Below, in pieces: positions 56,559 to 64,000 of a stretch of 64,000 nt of DNA. Below the pieces are notes generated by a model. That model was not told the DNA's origin. It searched no databases and saw only the letters and a list, made by a program, of their open reading frames with translations. The position numbers and the translations under genes were made by a program. Location of the stretch: the IMG/VR virus record IMGVR_UViG_3300046787_000675, positions 96,706 through 160,705 of that record; one strand, written 5' to 3'. Source of the stretch: a virus. Positions within the stretch are counted from its first letter, which is position 1, and each line of letters starts with the position of its first letter.

Positions 56559-59540
56559 TTATAATCGTGTAGGATCCATCAATTTACTTGCATAACCTAC
56601 ATCGTCATGTTTACTGGTTCCACCTAATCTGATATCTTCCAGTAAATTTTTCTTTAAATTGAAACCTGTTAATTTATTTTTGAAGTCTGGGTCCGTTCCC
56701 GGTATATCCATAATTCTCATCGGTGCCGGTTCGAAGCCCGGCGCAGCGTCGTGCGTTTTAATACTTTTAATCTGTTCTTCTTTTAAAAACTTTGCAACCT
56801 TAGGTGTTATCCGTGTTCCAATACTGTAATGTAATACAGGCTGCTCTAGATATTTACCTACAGCTCTATCGGGAGATAGCTCGATGGAATCTTTACGCGG
56901 TTGGTAGTTTCGCTGAATGTCGCTATATGTGACAATATCATCAATGACATGGCCGTTAGGTCCTTCGATATCTGTTATTTTTACGCGGTCAAAGAATCCC
57001 CTAGCTAAAGTTTCTACATGGCGTTGTTTAACATTTATTCCGTTGTTTTTTAATATCTGTCCAAATTTATTAACAAAATAAAGACGCGCATCTCCTATCC
57101 CTTTATACTTTGCCATCTCAGCGGGATTAGGTGTTCCGTCAGTTAACATATCTCCTTGTTCAATCTGATCGCCAACAGTAACTAATACATCCCGAGCAGG
57201 ACTAGCATAGAATGCCTCTCCGCCTACAGTTATGTACTTGCCTCCTTGAGGGGCGTCCGATATACTCTGTACTATTCCATCTTTATTAGATAATACAGAT
57301 CCTCCTCTAAAATGTTTAGGTACTTGAAGGAATTGATTGACTTCCTCGAATCCGGATAATTCATCGGAGAACTGTTTACCCCCAATAATGCCCCCTGTGT
57401 GTTTGGAGGATAACCCTGACTGAGTTAAAGGTTCAGACAATAAACGACCTGTATCAACACCTACATAGGCTCCTATTTCTGGAAAATTACCTTTATCTCG
57501 TTTTCCGGCACAGCGTCTACATATCCCGTTACCTGATTGACATGTTATTAACGATCTAACAAGTAATTTCTTATCTTGGATAGCGGGTAGATGTTTTTTT
57601 GTTATAGTTGTTCCTGCAGGTACATTCCCTACATCCTTAGCAAGCACTCGACCTATAACATCGCTGTTGTCGCCCAACATAATAATACCTTTGTCGGATG
57701 CGCCGCAATCGTCTTCGACTACTTGTACACGAGAAGAAGCTAAGGCTAATTGTTTACCTAAAAATCCTGATTTTGCTGTCATGAACTGAGTGTCAGAGTT
57801 AGATACTACCATCCCGTTAGCCAATACAAATAAATGGTCTTCGTGATCTACTTCAAGATCGTATGTAGAGCGAGTGCCTAATACTGATGTACTAACATAA
57901 TTTAATCTTGTATCTTGTGATCTCCCGTCGGATTTTACAGAATGGATTATCTCTCTGACTTTTTTACCTTTTTTTCCAATAGTAGTTAGATATTGACTTC
58001 TATACAACACCGATTGTCTATCGGAATAACTTAATACATAAGCGTCTCTAGATGCCTTTATAGTATACCCGTAAGATGATGATTCGGGTATATTTTTTTT
58101 ATCTATATGAATTATATCTGTACAATATATTCCTAGTCTAGTCTCTAGTAGATATCTAATTCCTTTGAGTAACTCTTCGGATGTAGAGTGATATCTGATA
58201 ACAGGGGTTGAAGTAATTCCACTTATTGTACTTCCGCCATCAGCTTCGAAAAATCCATTTATAAATGCACATACACTATTATTATCCCATGTCATAACTT
58301 CTGGAGGTATTACTTTTTCATATGATTTTTTACCTAAAAGACCGAAATTAGCTATCCATGCTTTAGCACTATTAGAGGAGAATTTATTTTTTCTATCTAA
58401 ATCGAGTAACACATATTCGTAGGATGGCATTTTCGATTTTCGATTACGCTCTTTATATTTTAAATACCAATTTAAAGGTTGTAATAATTCATTTAAGGCG
58501 TCGACTAACTCAATATCACTAGTAGTTAAAGTTATAGAATTTTGGACACTAAAGTGCCCATCCCCTATTAATAAACCGAGTAGAAACGCTTTAGTAGTAT
58601 CGTACGGAATCCCATTAAAATTATTTCCTTTTGATAAAGTTATACCGAAATTCTTTTTAGCAGTACCAATAGGATATTTATCTTTTTTGCGGCGAAGTAA
58701 ACTACCAGTAGTCCATTCCCCCAATACTTTATGATCTTCTGTACATTCTATATATCTATACGAGTGTGTTCTTCCTAGTCTGAATCTATATGAGTAAACT
58801 TGTTTTATTCCGTTATCGTAGGTATTGACTACTTGGGTAGGGAATGTATTCCCTTTCTTATCTGAACCTAGAACATATTCTCCTACGTTTATATCTTCAA
58901 TCGATTTCTGTGTCCCATCAGCCATGCGTACTTTAGTTCCTTTTGCGAGACAATACCCTTTTCTCGAAGAGAAAGACCCGGCAAAATACTCCATGGGTTT
59001 TGCCCCTTGAGCGTACCCATTGATACCTGGAACAGGAATTGGCCTACCTGCTTGGTCGGCTACAAGTATGTCGCCAAATAATAATTGTGTTAGCTGTACA
59101 GGAGAACCTCTAAAACCGTGCTTAATACTTTCCCCTAAAGAATTGTTTCCTTTACTGGTGCTATCAAGGACGATCTTGTTAATTACAGGCATCTCTTTAC
59201 GCATGTATTCTACAATCTCTTTGTTTTTCTGCTCGGGAGATTTCCTTCTATCCTGTTGGATGTCGACAATATTATTTTTTATAACCTCGCGATATTTCTT
59301 TACTTCATCTGGCATTTTTAAATCGGATAAACGTATAGACGCCAGTCCTCCTTGTTCTGTTCCGGCTACCCTGGAAACATTCATAAGGGACTGCATTGTA
59401 TCGATATATTTGTCAGGATGTCTCTCGGCCATTGCCAGGAAAAATGTCTCTGCAGATTTCTTGTTAAAGACTCTATCCGGATCTCGTAAGTCTTCCGGAA
59501 TTATATCGTTTATCAGATATTGACCTAATGTGCGCGCCAT
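56559..59540 (-). CDS. rpoC: RNA polymerase beta' subunit, C-terminal portion, with intein
   Basis: Bridge helix SRKGY|SDTQFMTAKSGFLGKQL; EDDCG; VRSLITC..GICRRCAG Zn site; trigger loop SEPLTQSGLSSKHTGG; RHVETLAR. Confidence 0.92.
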   Translation of the reverse strand: MARTLGQYLINDIIPEDLRDPDRVFNKKSAETFFLAMAERHPDKYIDTMQSLMNVSRVAGTEQGGLASIRLSDLKMPDEVKKYREVIKNNIVDIQQDRRKSPEQKNKEIVEYMRKEMPVINKIVLDSTSKGNNSLGESIKHGFRGSPVQLTQLLFGDILVADQAGRPIPVPGINGYAQGAKPMEYFAGSFSSRKGYCLAKGTKVRMADGTQKSIEDINVGEYVLGSDKKGNTFPTQVVNTYDNGIKQVYSYRFRLGRTHSYRYIECTEDHKVLGEWTTGSLLRRKKDKYPIGTAKKNFGITLSKGNNFNGIPYDTTKAFLLGLLIGDGHFSVQNSITLTTSDIELVDALNELLQPLNWYLKYKERNRKSKMPSYEYVLLDLDRKNKFSSNSAKAWIANFGLLGKKSYEKVIPPEVMTWDNNSVCAFINGFFEADGGSTISGITSTPVIRYHSTSEELLKGIRYLLETRLGIYCTDIIHIDKKNIPESSSYGYTIKASRDAYVLSYSDRQSVLYRSQYLTTIGKKGKKVREIIHSVKSDGRSQDTRLNYVSTSVLGTRSTYDLEVDHEDHLFVLANGMVVSNSDTQFMTAKSGFLGKQLALASSRVQVVEDDCGASDKGIIMLGDNSDVIGRVLAKDVGNVPAGTTITKKHLPAIQDKKLLVRSLITCQSGNGICRRCAGKRDKGNFPEIGAYVGVDTGRLLSEPLTQSGLSSKHTGGIIGGKQFSDELSGFEEVNQFLQVPKHFRGGSVLSNKDGIVQSISDAPQGGKYITVGGEAFYASPARDVLVTVGDQIEQGDMLTDGTPNPAEMAKYKGIGDARLYFVNKFGQILKNNGINVKQRHVETLARGFFDRVKITDIEGPNGHVIDDIVTYSDIQRNYQPRKDSIELSPDRAVGKYLEQPVLHYSIGTRITPKVAKFLKEEQIKSIKTHDAAPGFEPAPMRIMDIPGTDPDFKNKLTGFNLKKNLLEDIRLGGTSKHDDVGYASKLMDPTRL
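57798..58952 (-). mobile_element. intein with LAGLIDADG homing endonuclease (385 aa) in the beta' bridge helix
   Basis: CLAKGTKVRMADG start; CTEDHKV; LLGLLIGDG and FINGFFEADG; TYDLEVDHEDHLFVLANGMVVSN|S end. Confidence 0.92.
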
Positions 59541-59548
59541 TTATAACT

Positions 59549-60184
59549 CTATCTGGTTGTTTTTAGATTATCGATAATGCTTTGGAAATAATCAGATAAT
59601 TTAGATTTAGCAATAGTTAAATTACTGGAGGCGTTCTCTGCTTCCTGTCTATATGCATCGGCATTAGCCTGCCAGTGTTTAGCATATCTGCTCCATTGCT
59701 GACCTTCGGGGGTATCTAAACCTACTTTCTTAGCGTGTTGCTGAGCAGCCTGGTATTTTAGACTGGCATCTTGATATCGTGCTAAAGGCTCCGCCATATT
59801 GCGTAGTACCAACGGTCTATCTTCCGCTTTTATAGGTTGAAGATTTACAGTATCACCAAATATTTTAGTGGATGCTTTAAGCTCTTCAGCAGTTGCAGGG
59901 GTTAGATAGTCCGGTCCGTTTTGCAGGATCTCTCTTTTTCTTTTCTCTGTCCAGCCTTGAATATCATTATCTGCCGGAGTTTCTCTATGCTCGTTTATTA
60001 GATCACCTGCAAAATAACCTACGCCTGCACCGATACCTCCCCCTAATGCTTGAGGGAATAACTTCTTATCTTTTTCTGGGATAAGTTTCCGGGCAAGAGC
60101 TACACCGGCAATGGCACCGAGAGGTGTTGTAAACAACCGGGCATCTATCTTCCCGGACGGTCTTTCGTACCATGTTGGATTCAT
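59549..60184 (-). CDS. glycine-zipper protein, putative internal/ejection protein
   Basis: LGAIAGVALA...ALGGGIGAGVGYFAG hairpin followed by a helical region. Confidence 0.6.
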   Translation of the reverse strand: MNPTWYERPSGKIDARLFTTPLGAIAGVALARKLIPEKDKKLFPQALGGGIGAGVGYFAGDLINEHRETPADNDIQGWTEKRKREILQNGPDYLTPATAEELKASTKIFGDTVNLQPIKAEDRPLVLRNMAEPLARYQDASLKYQAAQQHAKKVGLDTPEGQQWSRYAKHWQANADAYRQEAENASSNLTIAKSKLSDYFQSIIDNLKTTR

Positions 60185-60188
60185 ATTA

Positions 60189-60917
60189 TTACCTCAGATT
60201 ATATAGGCGTTGTATAATTGTACCTAGCTCACTGTTATTTATTTTTTTTTGTTGGGCTAACTTTTCGACAGGAGGCGGCGCGAAAGACTCAGGCATTGCT
60301 TCCGGCATAGGAGGAGCAGACAGTTCTTCTGAAGGCATTGTAGGAACGCCTTCTGGAGCTACCATACCTAAATTTGCTTGCAGTAAGGCTACCTGTTCTG
60401 TTAAAGCATCTATCTGCATTTGCATCTCTTCAAATCTACTATCAGAAACCGGTTTATCTTTTTTAGATTTAGCACCACTGCCAATTAATTCTACCAATTC
60501 ATCTACGGTTAACTCACTAACGAGTTTAGGAGCTGTTTCTCCATCCTTGGCACCTACATTACCGATTGCATTCGGGTCAGGTCCGACAGGAGTCATTCCG
60601 CCGGCAGCAGGATCTAAAGGAGGCATACCACTTGCTTGATAAGCTGCCATTAAATCTTCTGCGGAAGGGACTCCACCGGCAGGGGGCATTGCACCCATCA
60701 TAGCAGGATCCATTGGAGGCATTCCTCCTGGGGGTATCGCGCCCATCATAGCAGGATCCATTGGAGGCATTGCACCCATCATAGCAGGATCCATTGGAGG
60801 CATTGCACCCATCATAGCAGGATCCATTGGCGGTTGGCCTGGAGGTGGTCCCGGAGGTGCATATGCTGTCTTCTGTAAGAGATCTTGTAAAGCAGCCAAG
60901 TTTAATTTTTCAGACAT
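60189..60917 (-). CDS. Pro/Met-rich low-complexity head-associated protein
   Basis: PMDPAMMGA repeats bracketed by LQKTA and VEKLA; AAGGA RBS. Confidence 0.65.
   Translation of the reverse strand: MSEKLNLAALQDLLQKTAYAPPGPPPGQPPMDPAMMGAMPPMDPAMMGAMPPMDPAMMGAIPPGGMPPMDPAMMGAMPPAGGVPSAEDLMAAYQASGMPPLDPAAGGMTPVGPDPNAIGNVGAKDGETAPKLVSELTVDELVELIGSGAKSKKDKPVSDSRFEEMQMQIDALTEQVALLQANLGMVAPEGVPTMPSEELSAPPMPEAMPESFAPPPVEKLAQQKKINNSELGTIIQRLYNLR
60685..60830. repeat. 33-bp coding tandem repeat (MPPMDPAMMGA, 4 units)
   Basis: cccatcatagcaggatccattgg occurs four times; one unit has a 12-bp insertion. Confidence 0.9.
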
Positions 60918-60929
60918 ATTATAATCCTT

Positions 60930-61565
60930 TTATTTATTATCCAATTTATATAGATAGCCTGCTATATAGGCTTCTTTGTTTACATTACTATCTTGTAAAG
61001 TAATGCTGTGCGCTTTCTTTTCCAATGTAGATTGCGAATACGTGTTCGTTTTTATAGTTTTTACAGCTTTCAAACGATTACCGTTTATAGGCGCATATCC
61101 TCCGGTCATATGTCCCAGAAGAAATATTTCCAGTTGTTTGGGTGTCTTTGTCTGAAGTTTATCCCAGCCGTCCCCTTCTTCCGATGTCGGTTTAGATACG
61201 GTATCTACCTCTGCGATAAATATATGATTATCTTCTCCCGCATATTTATTTGCCCAGCTTCCCATTGCCTTCTGCATTGAGGGAGGCCATTTCCAGACAA
61301 CCTTAGAAATTAATTTAATATTTTTTAACGTTATCCCGCATTCCTCTAATGCCTCTCTGCGAACTGCAGTTACCGGACCTTCTCCTTCGTCTATTCCTCC
61401 TCCCGGTACCTCAACATATAATCCGCCTGCAGACGATCTCTTAATACGTGCAACAATAGAGCCATCAGGCATTATAGCGAATACCTCAGCTCGTTTTCTA
61501 TAGGGGAGCGATGCCCCCTTTAGTGTTGTTAATTTTACGGTTTCATCGCGGGCGTATTTTAACAT
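60930..61565 (-). CDS. Nudix hydrolase with C-terminal tag
   Basis: Nudix box PGGGIDEGEGPVTAVRREALEECG; C-terminal LEKKA...VNKEAYIAGYLYK. Confidence 0.88.
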   Translation of the reverse strand: MLKYARDETVKLTTLKGASLPYRKRAEVFAIMPDGSIVARIKRSSAGGLYVEVPGGGIDEGEGPVTAVRREALEECGITLKNIKLISKVVWKWPPSMQKAMGSWANKYAGEDNHIFIAEVDTVSKPTSEEGDGWDKLQTKTPKQLEIFLLGHMTGGYAPINGNRLKAVKTIKTNTYSQSTLEKKAHSITLQDSNVNKEAYIAGYLYKLDNK

Positions 61566-61570
61566 ATTGT

Positions 61571-62341
61571 TTATTCTTTTTGTCTACCTTGCATTCTGTT
61601 GATAGTGTCCAGGACTTTTCCGGCTTTGCGTTTATTGTCGGATTGTTCAAGTAAACTACTTCCTAGCCCGACGGCATCGGCTCCAAGACGTGTACCTAAA
61701 CCTGCCAATGCAAGTTCTGGTTTGGCTGTTAGTGCGCCTGCAAGACTGACTAATTGACCAGCAGTTTGTAGTCCTGTTCTTGCTGTTTCGCCTGTTAAGT
61801 TTTTGAATTTTTTATCAGGATCTGTAATTGCCTCCGCTACTTCTGTATATCCGCTATCTGCCCATCTAGCTCCAGGCATTATTATACTCTTCAATGCCGA
61901 CTTTATACCTCCAGTATCAGATATTCTCTTTAGTTCCGGTGTAAGTTCTTTAATATCTGCAGTAGCCCCTTCTGCCGCTAATCTTTCAACTTTACTCCGT
62001 CTTAGTTTACGAGCAAGAAGTAAGGCAGCCAATCCACCTACTCCTCCTGAAATACCGGCAATTACAGCTCGTTTGCTATTACTCATATTTTTACTTAGAT
62101 AACCCCCTAGAGCAACTCCGCCAATAGAGCCTGTAAGCCCAGATACCATGTCGGATGCTACCGGATGGTTAGTGTTAACGGAAGTATCACCGGCTGCTTC
62201 GGCAAGTGCTTCCATTCTACCGGAATCTGTATTACCGTTAAAGAATAAGCTACGTTGGTCTTTAGATCTATCGAGGAGTTCCTGGATTGTTGGGTTAGCT
62301 TCTTTATACATGTACCCATTTAAAAATGCTGTCTTATTCAT
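61571..62341 (-). CDS. glycine-zipper protein with N-terminal tag
   Basis: MNKTAFLNGYMYKEA leader; GLTGSIGGVALGG / AGISGGVGGLAALLLA hairpin. Confidence 0.65.
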   Translation of the reverse strand: MNKTAFLNGYMYKEANPTIQELLDRSKDQRSLFFNGNTDSGRMEALAEAAGDTSVNTNHPVASDMVSGLTGSIGGVALGGYLSKNMSNSKRAVIAGISGGVGGLAALLLARKLRRSKVERLAAEGATADIKELTPELKRISDTGGIKSALKSIIMPGARWADSGYTEVAEAITDPDKKFKNLTGETARTGLQTAGQLVSLAGALTAKPELALAGLGTRLGADAVGLGSSLLEQSDNKRKAGKVLDTINRMQGRQKE

Positions 62342-62344
62342 ACT

Positions 62345-62620
62345 TTATTCCACTATTTTTTTGATTAAATTAGTTCCTGCACCTGCAGGTGTAAGGGAGG
62401 ACGGATCTACACTAATAGGGATAGCCTGTTTAGCATCTTGTTTAGTGTCTTGCTTAGAGTCTTGGGTGTTATCCGAAGAAGTAGTTACTGTTATGTCGTT
62501 AACAACCGCATTATCGCCAAATGTAATAGTAATTCTTACACCGGCAGCTGTTTCGTTTTCGAATGGGGTAGTTGCACATGCAGTCAACAAAACAATGCAG
62601 ATAATTAATAAATATCTCAT
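62345..62620 (-). CDS. small lipoprotein
   Basis: MRYLLIICIVLLTAC lipobox; AAGGAG RBS. Confidence 0.7.
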   Translation of the reverse strand: MRYLLIICIVLLTACATTPFENETAAGVRITITFGDNAVVNDITVTTSSDNTQDSKQDTKQDAKQAIPISVDPSSLTPAGAGTNLIKKIVE

Positions 62621-62621
62621 G

Positions 62622-62738
62622 TTATTTCTCCTTTTTAATTTTGTTATCTATTTTTTCTTTAACGGTTTCATTTATGTTTTTCTGAAGTTCTTTACTTTTT
62701 TCTTTAGCAAACTTTTTTAGATCGTCTTTGTCAGTCAT
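62622..62738 (-). CDS. small Lys/Glu-rich protein (38 aa)
   Basis: Manual: MTDKDDLKKFAKEKSKELQKNINETVKEKIDNKIKKEK*; AGGT RBS; fills the gap. Confidence 0.5.
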   Translation of the reverse strand: MTDKDDLKKFAKEKSKELQKNINETVKEKIDNKIKKEK

Positions 62739-62794
62739 ATATGTACCTATTTATTGTTATATTAATTGACTCTATTTATTTAAAATTTCACTAT

Positions 62795-62989
62795 TTATTT
62801 TTGAGATAAACTTAATAAAGCTTCAAGTTGGGCTTTCTTATAAGGGTCGAAATAAACACCTTGATAAAAAAGATTGTTCGGGTCAATAGAGTTCTCTAAG
62901 AAAGCCTCTGCAGTAGGCCTATAAGGAAGTACGGAAGCGTCGCGTGACTCTTTATACATATATCCATCGAGGTAGGCTTGCTTGTTCAT
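62795..62989 (-). CDS. small protein with N-terminal tag
   Basis: MNKQAYLDGYMYKES leader nearly identical to that of 61571..62341. Confidence 0.7.
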   Translation of the reverse strand: MNKQAYLDGYMYKESRDASVLPYRPTAEAFLENSIDPNNLFYQGVYFDPYKKAQLEALLSLSQK

Positions 62990-62994
62990 TTTTC

Positions 62995-64000
62995 TTATTT
63001 CTTTATGTCTAATATTTCGATCGGATCGTCTATTTTTATTAAACCTTTACTGAAGGCTTTAATGGCGTCATCCTTTGTTTTAAAAATAGTCTTCTGTTTA
63101 TTCCTGTCCGGGTCTTTGGAGGCAAAGTATAAACCTTGTAAATATTCGTTACCCAGCATGTAAGTAGGTTTATCTGTTCCGCTAAGGATAAGATTCTTAT
63201 CCGGCATCATGCGATCGATAGCTTCCTGTACTGCATCTTCCGATACAGGGACGGAGTAGGACATTGTGTTCGATAATATAGTTCCGTCGACAGACATGAA
63301 AGTTTCATATCCAGGAACAGTTAAATCGTATCCTGTTTCTACTTTTTCGGTGTTTTCAACCGATACAACGTATGTCCATGTAGTATCAGTATCCTCGACT
63401 ATTCTCTTCCAGTTATTAAATGGTTCAAGAATATCAGCAGGAGTATTACTATCGATAAGATCTAAACATTTCTGAGCCGACTGCCGACTAATATAACCTG
63501 ACTTATTACTGTCTGCGAGAGCATGATAGAGACCTGTACATTGTCTTCCGTGTTTTAATTTCGGGCTTCTATTATATTCTGCTAACTTAAGGAAAGCTGC
63601 AAGGTTTCTCTCTATAGGGACTAAATCGCTTTTTATATAAGCTGCCGCAGTATTATCAGGCGTAACCTCGAACAACTTTCTATGTTTATCTTCATGCGCA
63701 ATACAGAGTTCATCCCGTAATATAATTAGTTCTACTGCCGATATTGTAAGCATCCAACTAATATTATCACACTTAGTTGTTTTACCATAAGATATACGGG
63801 AGGACACACCTAACGACATAAGTAGCTGTTTTACCTCCTGTACCAAGCGAAGAGATATAGAAGAGAAAGATGTCATAAGTTGTGGTTTACTTTTTCCGTT
63901 AGATATAGATATACTTCCGTCAGAATCAAACAGTCCAGATAACAGCCCTATTTTAAACTCTCTAGGGGAACATAACCAAAAGGATGGTAAGTGTTTTTTA
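62995..64000 (-). CDS. rpoC: RNA polymerase beta' subunit, catalytic N-proximal portion (3' end only), with intein
   Basis: Frame is open to the window edge. After the intein, TMSYSVPVSEDAVQEA..MMPDKNLI...EYLQGLY aligns with the sequence right after NADFDGD in bacterial beta' (QMAVHVPL..EA..LM..NNIL...DVVLGLY). Confidence 0.85.
   Translation of the reverse strand, partial: KKHLPSFWLCSPREFKIGLLSGLFDSDGSISISNGKSKPQLMTSFSSISLRLVQEVKQLLMSLGVSSRISYGKTTKCDNISWMLTISAVELIILRDELCIAHEDKHRKLFEVTPDNTAAAYIKSDLVPIERNLAAFLKLAEYNRSPKLKHGRQCTGLYHALADSNKSGYISRQSAQKCLDLIDSNTPADILEPFNNWKRIVEDTDTTWTYVVSVENTEKVETGYDLTVPGYETFMSVDGTILSNTMSYSVPVSEDAVQEAIDRMMPDKNLILSGTDKPTYMLGNEYLQGLYFASKDPDRNKQKTIFKTKDDAIKAFSKGLIKIDDPIEILDIKK
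63268..64000 (-). mobile_element. intein with LAGLIDADG endonuclease (C-terminal part) adjacent to the RNAP active-site motif
   Basis: LLSGLFDSDGS; GYDLTVPGYETFMSVDGTILSN|T end. Confidence 0.88.

Noticed and set aside
51400-58952. Both complete inteins are exactly 385 aa
   Set aside because: Sequences are clearly divergent and insertion sites unrelated; treated as coincidence
60685-60830. Direct repeats as a mini-CRISPR or DGR template
   Set aside because: Contiguous 33-bp coding units without unique spacers; no reverse transcriptase and no adenine-specific variant copy seen
1-64000. Stop-codon reassignment, tRNA or rRNA genes
   Set aside because: Genes tile densely under code 11 with TAA, TAG and TGA all used as stops; intergenic gaps are short and AT-rich with no cloverleaf or rRNA-like sequence seen

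Overview
This 64 kb window looks like the virion-morphogenesis region of a large (jumbo-type) contractile-tailed bacteriophage. It is AT-rich, uses standard code 11 and AGGAG-type RBSs, and almost all genes are on the minus strand, tightly packed. In transcription order (right to left) it holds: a multisubunit RNA polymerase beta' split over two genes, each with a LAGLIDADG intein, with small probable head-cargo genes between them (Nudix hydrolase, glycine-zipper proteins); head core proteins, an intein-containing prohead protease, scaffold, decoration protein and major capsid protein; fibre/adhesin genes, including a 1110-aa autotransporter-repeat (PATR) protein; a small holin-like/receiver-domain/lipoprotein/DUF1353 cassette; neck, tail terminator, sheath, tube and spike; a tail chaperone with a -1 frameshift; tape measure and hub; a sigma70-family factor inside the baseplate operon; baseplate wedge genes; and a long array of paralogous Cys-rich appendage genes ending in a LamG lectin protein. 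An SbcD/Mre11-like nuclease starts at the left edge. The most striking pattern is an apparent capsid-loading code. Head-module proteins are studded with a hydrophobic-x-K-x-A motif (putative protease site), and three unrelated proteins carry the same portable tag, NKxA(Y/F)xxGYxYK, at either the N- or C-terminus. All calls come from reading motifs and synteny by eye; no database searches were run.
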